A DNA stretch of 64,000 bases from a plasmid: the sequence record NZ_CP019224.1; one strand, written 5' to 3'. The stretch's first letter is position 1. Each line of letters starts with the position of its first letter. Shown here in pieces: positions 35,978 through 45,862 of the stretch. The translations under genes were made by a program, and so were the position numbers. Under the pieces are notes generated by a model. The model ran no database searches and had not been told where the DNA came from. It saw only the letters and a list, made by a program, of their open reading frames with translations.

Positions 35978-36658
35978 GTGCAGGCTGTGATTGAGCTTTC
36001 CGATCAGCAACTAGAAGTGTTTTTCCAAGGATGGACCATGCAATTCGCACTTGGGAGATGGTCAGGATCAGTGCACTTCAGCGAGCGAGAACGGGCTGTC
36101 ATGGGTTTAGCTGCATGTTATTTCGCAGCCCGTTGTCCGCAGATTCGAATGCTGAACGCCGGGTTGTGCTTCGCGGCGTGCAAGGTTGTCCGGGTCATCG
36201 CGCGTGAAGAAGGAATACGGACCGAACCGCTGACGGTGACGGTGGAAGCCTCACACGAGGGCCACGAACTCTCGTTAGGGAGCCGACAGCCACGACTAAA
36301 GCGGCACGCATTGGCGCAGGGAACATTGCAGACGTGGTCGGGTCACGAAATCATTCACTTTCCCGATCACGGAGCCGTTTTCGACCCGACTATTACGCAA
36401 CTATCGACATGGGAGGCCACGGTGCTACCCGCAGTAGCAAAAGCCCCGGCGATACTGCGGGAAGGCGACCGCATTCCGGCTGTGCTGGAACCTCTTTCGA
36501 TCAACGCGACTTATACCGTTCAGCGGGCAAACTTCGACTACATGAGGATGTCTTCTTGGCCTGATATCGAGCAGATGGCCAACGATGGCGGCAAGATCGT
36601 GGGACCGGCAGCAGACCAGCTGGTGGCGACTATGCATAGCGGTTCATCGTCGTCATAG
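35978..36658 (+). CDS. hypothetical protein (226 aa), paralogue of 33979-34683
   Basis: TWSGHEIIHFPDHGAVFDPTITQ compared with QYWTGHVALHIPEMAAILDPTIGQ. Confidence 0.45.
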   Translation: MQAVIELSDQQLEVFFQGWTMQFALGRWSGSVHFSERERAVMGLAACYFAARCPQIRMLNAGLCFAACKVVRVIAREEGIRTEPLTVTVEASHEGHELSLGSRQPRLKRHALAQGTLQTWSGHEIIHFPDHGAVFDPTITQLSTWEATVLPAVAKAPAILREGDRIPAVLEPLSINATYTVQRANFDYMRMSSWPDIEQMANDGGKIVGPAADQLVATMHSGSSSS

Positions 36659-36745
36659 TTCGAGCTCACCCGTCCCTCAAGGCGTCCGCAAACCGCGCAA
36701 GCAGTCGTAGCATGCGGCGCTGGGCGAATCCGTGCTGGTTAGGCG

Positions 36746-37054
36746 ATGTGTAGCCGCGACACCGGCGGTAAGATGCGGTTTATGTCAGCAGGCAAGTTCA
36801 CGATGGATGTGGCGGAAACAGAGGCAGGCTTGTCTGCCGCGGACGCCGCTACCGCTCAGCAGCCCAGCGGCGACCTTCCAGGCCTGTGCGTCGGTGGCTA
36901 CATGACGTCCTTGATCGGGGCGGCCATTGGGGGACGTGCGATAGGTGAAGCCCAAGCAGTCGGCCGTGCGGCGGCGAACACCGCAAGTCGAGAGTTCAGC
37001 ATCGCGACAGTTCAAACCACTGAAGCGGGCAACTCAAGCATTCTCACGACGTAA
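36746..37054 (+). CDS. possible small protein (102 aa)
   Basis: ORF only. Ala/Gly-rich. Confidence 0.25.
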   Translation: MCSRDTGGKMRFMSAGKFTMDVAETEAGLSAADAATAQQPSGDLPGLCVGGYMTSLIGAAIGGRAIGEAQAVGRAAANTASREFSIATVQTTEAGNSSILTT

Positions 37055-37071
37055 CGACAGGGGAGCGGCGC

Positions 37072-37716
37072 ATGAGTTCATCACCTTGGTCGAGGACAGG
37101 GTCACCATCGGTGACGCTGCCGCCACCTCCAGCGCCTACACCTAGGCCTGGCGCGACCCCGCCGCCGACAGCAGTTCCGTTCCCAACAGGATTCCCGCAG
37201 AAGAGAACACGTCGTCGGGTTTGGCCCTGGGCCGCGCTCGGACTGCTATTCGCGATCGTGATCTCGGCTGCCACGGGATCGATAGTGACGCTCGCGGTAG
37301 CGCACAACGATGCCCGCTCCACCGACGGGCCGTCCGCTGCACCATCAGCATCAACGTCTGCGCCGCCCGCTCCGCAAGTCAGCGCGGCCGACGCGACGGC
37401 GACGAAAACTCATTTGTGTCAAGTTTTCGATACATCGGTTCAAGGTCAGCAAGGACAAGGCGGCCTCAGAGTAAATGGGACCGTCAATATCCCCGTCATG
37501 CTGCGCACAGTTAATAGTGCATTGGCGGTGCAAACAGCGCTCGTTCCGGCATTGCCTGCCGACGTCGCCTCAGCCGCACGGAACTACATTCAGACCACGC
37601 TCGAGGCCACGACGGCGGCGATGGGGAATACCCCAACTCCTGAAGTGAATCGCCTTAACGACATATCGAACGATGCGATCAATGCGCTTGTCGGTGTGTG
37701 CGGGCTGCCGAGGTAA
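37072..37716 (+). CDS. membrane-anchored protein: Pro-rich N-terminus, one TM, extracytoplasmic domain (214 aa)
   Basis: TM segment WAALGLLFAIVISAATGSIVTLAV. Two Cys in the C-terminal domain. Confidence 0.45.
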   Translation: MSSSPWSRTGSPSVTLPPPPAPTPRPGATPPPTAVPFPTGFPQKRTRRRVWPWAALGLLFAIVISAATGSIVTLAVAHNDARSTDGPSAAPSASTSAPPAPQVSAADATATKTHLCQVFDTSVQGQQGQGGLRVNGTVNIPVMLRTVNSALAVQTALVPALPADVASAARNYIQTTLEATTAAMGNTPTPEVNRLNDISNDAINALVGVCGLPR

Positions 37717-37725
37717 CCCGTTCGG

Positions 37726-40050
37726 ATGGCGGAGTTAACAAGTACGGGCGGGGACGAGTTTCCCGCGTGGTGGTCAGAACGCAATAACAAGCAGGCGGCG
37801 CGCCTGCTCAAGGCGGTCAACCGGGGGCCAGTGGGTAAAATTCAGCCGCCGTCACTACCGCATGTCGGCAGTGATCATCCGCGGCCGCAGGGAGCCTTCG
37901 TCCGGTTTCTGTTCCAACCGTATGTGTGGCCGGAAGACTCTGAGACCGCCATGAACGCCGGCGCCGACAAGTTTGCTGATGACTTCAAACTGCACGATGA
38001 CAGCGCGACGACAATCCGCCAGGCGGCGAACGGCGTCTTCGACGGCGGGTCATGGGTGGGCGAGAGCGCGGACGCTGCTCGCGCGGCCCACTTTGAAGCG
38101 GCGTCGATCAAGGATTTCCAGGCGGAGATCGCGCGCGTTGCCTCCGGTTTGATCAGGCGCGGCGCCGACGATGTGGCGAGCACCAAGAAGCACATGTTCG
38201 AGCAGAACACGCAGGCGCATCAAGAGGCCGAGGCCTTCCTAAAAAGCGGCTCGGGGCAGTCGCTGGCGCAGGTAGCGGTGATTCTCGGTGTGCACCGAAC
38301 GACGATCCAGGCCTATTCGACTGAGTTGCAGGGCTACGCCACCCAATACACCGTTCAGTTCACCAACCACTTTAAAGAGGGCGGCCCCGGCGGCCCAAAA
38401 TTCAAACAAGCTGGCAATGGTACAGACAATAAGGACCCGTCGACTGACGGTCCAGGGACGCCAGATCTGGGTCCCCCGAGACAGCCCGGGGGTGGGCGAG
38501 TTCATGCCTCATCAGACGGTCCCAACGACGGTGCAGCACCTCCTGCACCAGGCGGATCGGGACGCGTACACGCGCCCTCGTCGGATGCTCCGTTTGGATC
38601 ACCGCGTCATAACCCGTTGACGTCGTTGATGGGTAGTGGGTTGCCGAGTTTGCCGAGTATGCCTGGCGGGGGATCGGGTGGTGGGCTTCCTATGGGCCCG
38701 TTGCAGGGGTTGATGGGTAGTTTTGGCGGTCTGCCGGGCGGTATGGCCCCGCCCACGGGGCTGGGTGCGCCTGGGCTGCAGGGCTCGCCGATGCCGTCCT
38801 TGGGGATGGACTTCGGGCGAGGTTTAGCGGCGGGCGCGGCGGCGGCAGGGGGTGTTCCGCCGGTGACGTCGGCGCCGATGACGTCGTTGGCGGCGCCGAT
38901 CGAGTCGGCTCCGACGTCGGCTGCGCCAGCGGTGGCTCCTGTGTCTACTGCGCCGGCGGCGGCCGCTTCCGCCCCTGCACCGGCACCGGCGGCGGGTATG
39001 CCGGCAGGAGGCATGACTTCGTACGGTTCCGTTCTTCCTCCGCAGGGCCCGCCGCCGGCCGCTCCGTCGGCGGGCGGCTCGACGCCTGCCGCCCCATCAA
39101 TACCGGCTGAGCCCGGAGGTGGGTCGCCCGGGCCTGGGACCGGGTTGATGCCGGTGGCGGGTCGGCGTGATGTGGTGACGGTGCGCAAGGATGACGCATA
39201 TTCGGATTTGGAAACGGCCAAGGGCCTTGTCGCCGAACTCGCTGGGGCGGCGAAAGTAACTGATCCTGGATTGGATTGGGCTGTGGCCGTTGGCCGTAAC
39301 GCCTCGGGCATGCCGACGTACTGGGTTGCCACGAACGACGGCGCGACCTACATCCCGCCAGTGGTGTTCCTGCGCAAGACGATGCCCATCGCCGGTGGCC
39401 ACGATGCAGATTTTGACGCGCGCTGGTTCGGCTGGGTCAACCCGGCCGATAAAGCGGTGCGGGCGGCCCGGGAGTTCGGGGACACGGTGAGTGCGGTGGC
39501 CACGTCGTGGGCGCTGCCCTCTGAGTTTTTGAGGGAGCACCCGGCGCCGGAAGTGGCCACTGGCGTGAAACCCTCTGACGTGGCGGATAATGCGGCGGCG
39601 GAATTGTTGGCGTCGCGGGCCCATCGGCTGCAGACCGTGGACGCCGCCTTATATGCGGATCTGATGGGGGCCGATGAGTCGGTGGTGCGTGACTACTGCC
39701 GAGAGTTGATCCGCCAGTTGGCATTTGGTATTCCGGGTGAGGCGTTGTCGCCGGTTGCGCAGTCCGTGGCGCACTCACTCGTCGCTGAGCGCTGGCCCAC
39801 AGTCCAGGAGTGGGCGCTGCTCGGCGAGGAACACGAAGACGCTTTGGTTCAGATGGCGTGCCAGCGACCGGGACTGGACGGAATAGAAAACCCTGACCAG
39901 ACGGTCAGCTACACACGAGAATTCATCCGGTGCCGCCAGATAGAGGCTCTCTTGTGCTGGGACCGTTATGGGGGCGACCTACTCAACGTAGTGTATGCAG
40001 CATGGGTGGCCGGTATACGGGCGCCATTGAAGGAACCGGCACTGCGGTGA
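37726..40050 (+). CDS. EspK-like ESX-associated protein: WXG-like N-terminal helical domain, long Pro/Ala/Gly-rich linker, conserved C-terminal domain (774 aa)
   Basis: GGSWVGESADAARAAHFEAAS (W-x-G) and about 350 aa of low complexity. The C-terminal YWVATNDGATYIPPVVFLRK...WFGWVNPADKAV resembles the EspK C-terminal family. Recalled from memory. Confidence 0.45.
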   Translation: MAELTSTGGDEFPAWWSERNNKQAARLLKAVNRGPVGKIQPPSLPHVGSDHPRPQGAFVRFLFQPYVWPEDSETAMNAGADKFADDFKLHDDSATTIRQAANGVFDGGSWVGESADAARAAHFEAASIKDFQAEIARVASGLIRRGADDVASTKKHMFEQNTQAHQEAEAFLKSGSGQSLAQVAVILGVHRTTIQAYSTELQGYATQYTVQFTNHFKEGGPGGPKFKQAGNGTDNKDPSTDGPGTPDLGPPRQPGGGRVHASSDGPNDGAAPPAPGGSGRVHAPSSDAPFGSPRHNPLTSLMGSGLPSLPSMPGGGSGGGLPMGPLQGLMGSFGGLPGGMAPPTGLGAPGLQGSPMPSLGMDFGRGLAAGAAAAGGVPPVTSAPMTSLAAPIESAPTSAAPAVAPVSTAPAAAASAPAPAPAAGMPAGGMTSYGSVLPPQGPPPAAPSAGGSTPAAPSIPAEPGGGSPGPGTGLMPVAGRRDVVTVRKDDAYSDLETAKGLVAELAGAAKVTDPGLDWAVAVGRNASGMPTYWVATNDGATYIPPVVFLRKTMPIAGGHDADFDARWFGWVNPADKAVRAAREFGDTVSAVATSWALPSEFLREHPAPEVATGVKPSDVADNAAAELLASRAHRLQTVDAALYADLMGADESVVRDYCRELIRQLAFGIPGEALSPVAQSVAHSLVAERWPTVQEWALLGEEHEDALVQMACQRPGLDGIENPDQTVSYTREFIRCRQIEALLCWDRYGGDLLNVVYAAWVAGIRAPLKEPALR

Positions 40051-40769
40051 ACGAAAGCTATTCCGCAGCAGCGGATTTAGCGGACACCATAACCATGTTG
40101 ATGACGGAGCCGCGGCCTTTGCCGCGGCAGTTGAAGCGGCTAAAGAAACGTAGCGAGTGGCCGATCGATGAAGCGCTGCTAGTTTTCGAAGCGGCGGTGG
40201 AGTATGTCGCTATCCGCAATAACTATGACGCCGTGGCCGATTGGAAGAGGCGTCAGGCAAAGCTCAACGGTTGGTTAGGGGTTCTTCAACGTGAGCCGGC
40301 ACCGATGTCCGATGAGCAATTTGCTGCCAGCATAGTCGCGTGCGGGAGAGTGGACCCGACCGAGCTGGAAGCAGTTCTGGTCGGTACTAGGCACACGGCG
40401 GCCTTGTTGGACGACATTGCCGAGGTGATAGCCGAGCACCAGCGCGAGCACGAAGAAACTGAGCGGATGAACCGGGCGGTGGCGCGTGGGCGCGAGCGGG
40501 TGAGGATGATCATGAAGCGGTGCGTGGAGCGTCGCGCAGAAATCAGCGCGGCTACAGAAGAACGCCTACAACAAATTTCGCCGGAAGATGCCGCCTCCCA
40601 GAAGTTAGCTATTGAGGCCGCTTATCCGGATCTGATCGTGCTGAGCGAGACAGCGTGTGAACAGATCAACGCGCAGACGCGCCGCGTGTTGGACGCGCAT
40701 CGACGCACGGCAGCGATGCCGATTTGGCAGTTCTGGGAGATGGCCTACAAAGACCTAATCGAGGATTGA
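40047..40769 (+). CDS. hypothetical protein (240 aa)
   Basis: GTG overlaps the upstream stop (GTGA). Sequence VNESYSAAADLADTITMLMTEPRPLPRQLKRLKK.... Confidence 0.4.
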   Translation: MNESYSAAADLADTITMLMTEPRPLPRQLKRLKKRSEWPIDEALLVFEAAVEYVAIRNNYDAVADWKRRQAKLNGWLGVLQREPAPMSDEQFAASIVACGRVDPTELEAVLVGTRHTAALLDDIAEVIAEHQREHEETERMNRAVARGRERVRMIMKRCVERRAEISAATEERLQQISPEDAASQKLAIEAAYPDLIVLSETACEQINAQTRRVLDAHRRTAAMPIWQFWEMAYKDLIED

Positions 40770-40844
40770 ATACCGAGATCGTAGCCGTGATCGCCGCCTT
40801 TGGTGGACATCGTGGCCGTGGGGGCAGTGGTGCTAGGAGGGACC

Positions 40845-41089
40845 GTTAGGGCGTTGGCCAGTAGCCGACAACGCCGTTGAATTCGAGGTCAGTTTGGGTG
40901 AAGTCGTTGCCGAGTGGCGTAGGCCATGGTGTCGCCGTAGTTGACGGCTGCGGGGTGGCGTCCCTTCCCGTAGTGGAGGTAGGCGCTGTGGGCGTCGATC
41001 GCGTGTTCGAGGGTGAAGGGTTCGGGCGCGTGCGCGCGCGCGTCTTCCCGGCGGTATGACCGTTGCCGTTGAGTGTGTTTGAGTTGCAC
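40845..41089 (-). pseudogene. truncated vapC (PIN) remnant: C-terminal 66 aa only
   Basis: About 85% identical at DNA level to 45075-45330. Protein [34 protein letters not shown] matches the VapC C-terminus. The 5' part is missing at the IS607 boundary. Confidence 0.65.
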
Positions 41090-42740
41090 TCATGCGGCGT
41101 CCCCTTGCGGGGTTGGGGTTTTGGCCTCTCCGCGTCCGGCCCCGCGTGGGCGGGGTCTTACGGATGCTCCGCCGGCACCGGTTGATCCGGTGTCCGCGCC
41201 ATGGCCTGTACCAACCGATTCGGTTGGCCCGGGTACCGATGGGGCCGTGGTCCCGACTGGACCACAACTGGCGTAATCCGGCCAGTCACGGAGATTCAAA
41301 GCAGCATTTCTATCGCGGTCGACCATTTCACCTGTCTGCGGGCAGATGAGGTGCTTGTCGATCCGGCCCTTACCGACCAGGCGGCATGGGGTGCCGTTGG
41401 GGTGGGTGCAGCGGTGGTGGAGCTGGCTTGATGGGAACCAGCGATCCGCCACGATCAGGGTGCTGCCGTGCCGAGTGGTCTTGTAGGCCAGCATCGGCGC
41501 GACCAATCCCATTGCGGCATCAGAAACAGACCGGCGAAACGCCCGCCGGCCCATACTGCGTTTCATCGCGGCCACATCGAGATCTTCGATCACGACCTGG
41601 CCGTAGGTGCCCGCCAACTGCGTGGTGAGTTGGTGGGCTGCTTCCCGCCGCAGATGCACGCACCGACGATCCAATCGGGTCAGCTTGGCTTTCGCTGCCC
41701 GATGACCGTGCGATCCGGGGATACGGCGGGAAAGTTCACGACCAGCCCTGCGGCGGGCGGCAAGTGTCGCCTTGAGCGGGGCCGGATTCTTATACTCGAC
41801 AACGGTTTCGACGCCGGTGGCGGGGTCGATCGTGGCGACGGTGGCCAGCGTGCGCACCCCCAGATCCACCCCGGCGCGCACCGTGGGCTGAGTCGGCGTT
41901 CTTCCCGCGCTCGGGGTGCGCAGCGCATAGCCGACCGACACGAACAACCGGCCCCACCGCTGGGACAGGGTCATGTTCAGGATGCGGGCGCGCCCCGATG
42001 CGAGATGACGTTGCACGCGGCGGGTGTTCTCCTTGGACCGCAGCGCGCTGATGACCGGGACCGTGATGCTATGGCGGTCATCCTCTACCCGCATGGTGCC
42101 GGTGGTGAACCGGACCCGGCCGGGATCGCGTCGCGCCGTGGCGAACCGCGGGAAACCCACCCGCCGACCCTGGCGTCTCCCGTTCTTGCTGGCGCTCCAG
42201 TTGCTCAGTGCCTGGGCCAGATCGGCCAACCCTGCCGAGTAACACTCCTTGCTGTTAGTGGCCCACCACGGCGCCACCTCGTGCTTAGCGAGATTCCACG
42301 CTTTGCGTAGCGCGCCGAGGTCCCAGCCCAACGACTCATGTTCCGGATCAGCCGATTTCGCGTCGAGGTCGGCCTTCACCCGACCCAGACCCCAGTTGAA
42401 CGCCTTGCGGCGAGCACCGAAATGCGACCGCACCAACGCCGCCCGCTCGGGCTCCGCTGGCCATTCCACCTCGAACTTCGCCGCGGTCACCAGCCAACCA
42501 GAGGCCACTTCCGCACCCAGCGAACCGTTGACCGCATAACCGGCGGCGTCCCCGTCGTAGAGCTTGAACAAGACAGACACCGATTCCACCACCGCACGGT
42601 GCGACTCGAAATCCGCGCCCACATCGACATAACGTGACAATGTTTGGCTGCCATCGGGTTTCGGTTTCCCCGGCAACTGCACACCACCGGTCAGCCCGGC
42701 CACCTTCGCCGCCTGACCACAGGTGCGCATCCCGACGATC
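41090..42740 (-). CDS. tnpB: TnpB (OrfB) RNA-guided nuclease-like transposase accessory protein
   Basis: C-terminal zinc ribbon CTHPNGTPCRLVGKGRIDKHLICPQTGEMVDRDRNAALNL and a RuvC-like core. The ORF N-terminus (to 42829) overlaps tnpA and is probably not translated. Confidence 0.7.
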
Positions 42741-42741
42741 A

Positions 42742-43323
42742 TCACGCAGCCCCTGGCTCCCGCTTGGTGGCCGTCACCGCACGCATCGCCCGATTCCGCG
42801 CACCACGACGGCCGTAGAGCCGCGCACACATACTGGTCAGGACCTCGATCATGTCGCGCACCAGATCATCGGTGGTCTCACCCGGATCAGCGACCACGAT
42901 CCGGCGGCCCTGCGCCGACAACGCCGCTTCCAGGTGTTCCACCCCGAAACGCGCCAGCCGATCCCGATGCTCCACAACGATCACCCTCGCATCGGGGTCC
43001 GACAAGATGCGGCGCAGCTTGGGCCGCTTCCCATTCAGCCCGGAACCGACCTCGCACACCACCTGGCCCACCTCAAGATCACGCTCCGTGGCCCACGCGG
43101 TCACCCGCGCCACCTGACGGTCCAGATCCGAGCGCTGATCATGGCTGGACACCCGCGCATACACCACCACCGTCGCCGCCGCACCCGATACCGAGGCTGC
43201 CGCCTTGACCAGAATCAGCCGCCCAACCCGCTCCGCGGGCACCGGCAACGTCCCCTCCCGAAACCACCGATAAGCGGTATGCCGGTTCACACCAACCGAT
43301 TCCGCCCAATCCGCCAGATTCAC
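42742..43323 (-). CDS. tnpA: IS607-family TnpA: MerR-like HTH plus serine recombinase (resolvase) domain
   Basis: MNLADWAESVGVNRHTAYRWFREG as the HTH. VVYARVSSHDQRSDLDRQ as the catalytic Ser region. Confidence 0.75.
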   Translation of the reverse strand: MNLADWAESVGVNRHTAYRWFREGTLPVPAERVGRLILVKAAASVSGAAATVVVYARVSSHDQRSDLDRQVARVTAWATERDLEVGQVVCEVGSGLNGKRPKLRRILSDPDARVIVVEHRDRLARFGVEHLEAALSAQGRRIVVADPGETTDDLVRDMIEVLTSMCARLYGRRGARNRAMRAVTATKREPGAA

Positions 43324-43394
43324 AACACCAATTAGAAGACACTAACGCACACTTAAATGCACTCACTGCGCAACAGCTCGCAACCCCGCCCACG

Positions 43395-44825
43395 GGGCAG
43401 GGACTGTCGCAGTAAGGGTGTAAACGGCCTGATCGGCCCCGGTGTGTCGGGGCCGGAAAGGTCGCATGATGACCGAAACTGTCGTGGCTGTGGAGCCATC
43501 GCAGAATCTCGATGTTGAGGCCGCTGCGGCGGCCATTGAAGTCCCGGATAGCCGTGAGGTCGACGAGCTCGAGGTCGCCCGGGAGCTGGTACGCCAGGCC
43601 CGCGAGGCCGGCGTGGCGCTGACCGGCCCGGGCGGCCTGCTCAAGGCGATGACCAAGACGGTCATCGAGACCGCCCTGGACGAGGAATTATCCGAGCACC
43701 TGGGCTATGACCGCCACGATCCGGCCGGGTACGGCTCGGGCAACTCCCGCAACGGAACCAGGGCCAAGACCGTGCTCACCGATGCGTGCGGGCAGATCGA
43801 GATCGACGTCCCGCGCGACCGCGCCGGCAGCTTCGAACCCGAGATCGTCAAGAAGCGTCAACGCCGCTTGACCGATGTCGATGAGGTGGTGTTGTCGCTG
43901 TATGCCCGCGGGCTGACCACCGGTGAGATCAGCGCCCATTTCGCCCACATCTACGGCGCGGCAGTCTCCAAGGACACGATCAGTCGGATCACCGACCGCG
44001 TGGTCGAGGAGATGACCGCCTGGCACACCCGCCCGCTGGAACGCGTGTACGCCGCGGTGTTCATCGACGCCCTGCACGTCAAGATCCGCGACGGCCAGGT
44101 CGGCCCCAGGCCCATCTACGCCGCGATCGGGGTGGACCTGGCCGGGCATCGTGACGTGCTGGGCATGTGGGCCGGCGAGGGCGATGGCGAGTCGGCCAAA
44201 TACTGGCTGGCGGTGCTCACCGAGCTGAAGAACCGCGGGGTGGCCGACATCTTCTTCCTGGTCTGCGATGGGCTCAAAGGCTTACCGCAATCGGTGGGCG
44301 CGGTGTTCCCCGACACTGTGGTCCAGACGTGTGTCATCCATTTGATCCGTGGGACGTTCCGCTATGCCGGGCGCCAGCACCGCGACGCCATTGCCAAGGC
44401 GTTGCGGCCGATCTATACCGCGGTCAACGCTGAGGCTGCAGCGGCAGCGCTGGACGCGTTCGAGGCCGAGTGGGGTAATCGCTATCCGGCAGCAATTCGA
44501 TTGTGGCGCAACGCGTGGAGTGAGTTCATTCCGTTCCTGGACTACGACACTGAGATAAGGAAGGTGATCTGTTCGACCAATGCTATTGAATCGTTGAACG
44601 CCCGCTACCGCCGCGCCGTCCGGGCCCGCGGTCATTTTCCGACCGAGCAGGCAGCGCTGAAGTGCCTATACTTGGTCACCCGGTCGCTGGACCCGACCGG
44701 GACCGGACAGAAGCGATGGACCATGCGCTGGAAACCAGCCCTGAACGCCTTCGCGATCACCTTCGCCGACCGCATGCCCGGCAGCGAAACCACTTAACCG
44801 AAGATGCCGCTTACACCGTTAATCT
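43395..44825 (+). mobile_element. IS256-family insertion sequence (IS1081-like)
   Basis: Mutator-type transposase 43442-44797. Imperfect terminal inverted repeats around ggtgtaaacgg (left) and ccgcttacaccgtta (right). Confidence 0.7.
43442..44797 (+). CDS. IS256-family (mutator-type) transposase
   Basis: LSEHLGYDRHDPAGYGSGNSRNGTRAKTV...RAGSFEPEIVKKRQRRL...IFFLVCDGLKGL with DDE catalytic residues. Confidence 0.8.
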   Translation: MCRGRKGRMMTETVVAVEPSQNLDVEAAAAAIEVPDSREVDELEVARELVRQAREAGVALTGPGGLLKAMTKTVIETALDEELSEHLGYDRHDPAGYGSGNSRNGTRAKTVLTDACGQIEIDVPRDRAGSFEPEIVKKRQRRLTDVDEVVLSLYARGLTTGEISAHFAHIYGAAVSKDTISRITDRVVEEMTAWHTRPLERVYAAVFIDALHVKIRDGQVGPRPIYAAIGVDLAGHRDVLGMWAGEGDGESAKYWLAVLTELKNRGVADIFFLVCDGLKGLPQSVGAVFPDTVVQTCVIHLIRGTFRYAGRQHRDAIAKALRPIYTAVNAEAAAAALDAFEAEWGNRYPAAIRLWRNAWSEFIPFLDYDTEIRKVICSTNAIESLNARYRRAVRARGHFPTEQAALKCLYLVTRSLDPTGTGQKRWTMRWKPALNAFAITFADRMPGSETT

Positions 44826-44975
44826 GACGGACCCACGGGGCTGGGTGCGCCGGGTTGCAGGGCTCACCGATGCCATCGCTGGGGATGGACTTCGGGCGAG
44901 GTTTAGCGGCGGGTGCTGCGGCGGCAGCGGGTGTTCCGCCGGTGACATCGGCGCCGATGACGTCGTTGGCGAGAT
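44825..44975. other. duplicated internal fragment of about 150 bp from the EspK-like gene (about 38752-38900), abutting the IS256 right end
   Basis: cacggggctgggtgcgcc...ggatggacttcgggcgaggtttagcggcggg...ccgccggtgac is near-identical to the internal Pro-rich region of 37726-40050. Confidence 0.7.
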
Positions 44976-45078
44976 CCAAATAGAGACTCAACGAGTCTTG
45001 CTGTTACACAGGCGAACTGCCGAGGTTTCGACTCGCGAGCTGTACGAACACGCGGGGCAGATGAATTAGTTGGGACCG

Positions 45079-45501
45079 TTAGGGCGCTGGCCAGTAGCCG
45101 ATGACGCCGTTGAATTCGAGGTCGGTTTGGGTGAAGTCGTTGCCGATGGCGATGAGGGGTTCGTGTGCGAGTTTGGCGGTGGCGTAGGCCATGGTGTCGC
45201 CGTAGTTGAGGGCGGCGGGGTGGCGGCCTTTTCCGTAGTGGAGGTAGGCGCGGTGGGCGGCGATCGCGTGTTCGAGGGTGAAGGGCTGGAAGCCGAGGTT
45301 GATTTCGGATCGTAGGCGGTCGAAGACGGTGCGCGCGGTCGCGCCGTGTCGGTTGGTGAGAACGATGAGGCATTCGGCTGCGTTGGCCGTGGACATGACG
45401 GGGCTGGGATCGGCGGCGATGGCGGCCGCGATCTGTTCGGTGTAGGGGTCCTCGCCCTGGATGAGGGCGACGATCGCGGAAGAGTCGATGATCAGGATCA
45501 A
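45079..45501 (-). CDS. vapC: VapC (PIN-domain) toxin
   Basis: [20 protein letters not shown]...[10 protein letters not shown]. Start overlaps the vapB stop (ATGA). Confidence 0.8.
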   Translation of the reverse strand: MILIIDSSAIVALIQGEDPYTEQIAAAIAADPSPVMSTANAAECLIVLTNRHGATARTVFDRLRSEINLGFQPFTLEHAIAAHRAYLHYGKGRHPAALNYGDTMAYATAKLAHEPLIAIGNDFTQTDLEFNGVIGYWPAP

Positions 45502-45761
45502 ACTCCCGTTGCTGTGTCGTATCCGAGGGCTTGTTCGCGTTCGGTTTTGGTGATTGGGGATCGGTCGTCCAGTAGTGGCCAGATCTCGGTTTTGAGGACG
45601 TCGAGCAGTTCTGCGGAGCGGTTTGCGGTGCGGGATTGGGTGACTTCGATCTGGGCTCGCAGGGCGTAGCGGATGGCGTCGATGCGGCTGGGGAGGTGGA
45701 GGCGCGCGGCGAGCTCGTCTGCGAAGCGGATGACCTCTTCGTCTTTCACGTTGAAAGCCAT
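45498..45761 (-). CDS. vapB: VapB-type antitoxin (87 aa)
   Basis: [40 protein letters not shown].... The upstream ORF portion is Pro-rich junk. Confidence 0.65.
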   Translation of the reverse strand: MAFNVKDEEVIRFADELAARLHLPSRIDAIRYALRAQIEVTQSRTANRSAELLDVLKTEIWPLLDDRSPITKTEREQALGYDTATGV

Positions 45762-45862
45762 GGGTACATGGTACCCCGTGGACGGTGTCCGGTACTTCGC
45801 GGGTGATCGCTTTGCCGGCGTGGGTGTGGCCCGGCTGGGTAGTGCCGGGTTAATTTTGTGGG

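Larger units (their letters stand above)
41085..43390 (-). mobile_element. IS607-family insertion sequence (serine-recombinase TnpA plus TnpB)
   Basis: Contains tnpA 42742-43323 and tnpB 41090-42740. It interrupts a duplicated vapC segment. Confidence 0.7.

Noticed and set aside
41090-42829. 579-aa TnpB as annotated by the ORF track
   Set aside because: The N-terminal about 30 codons overlap tnpA out of frame. The coding region is probably about 41090-42740.
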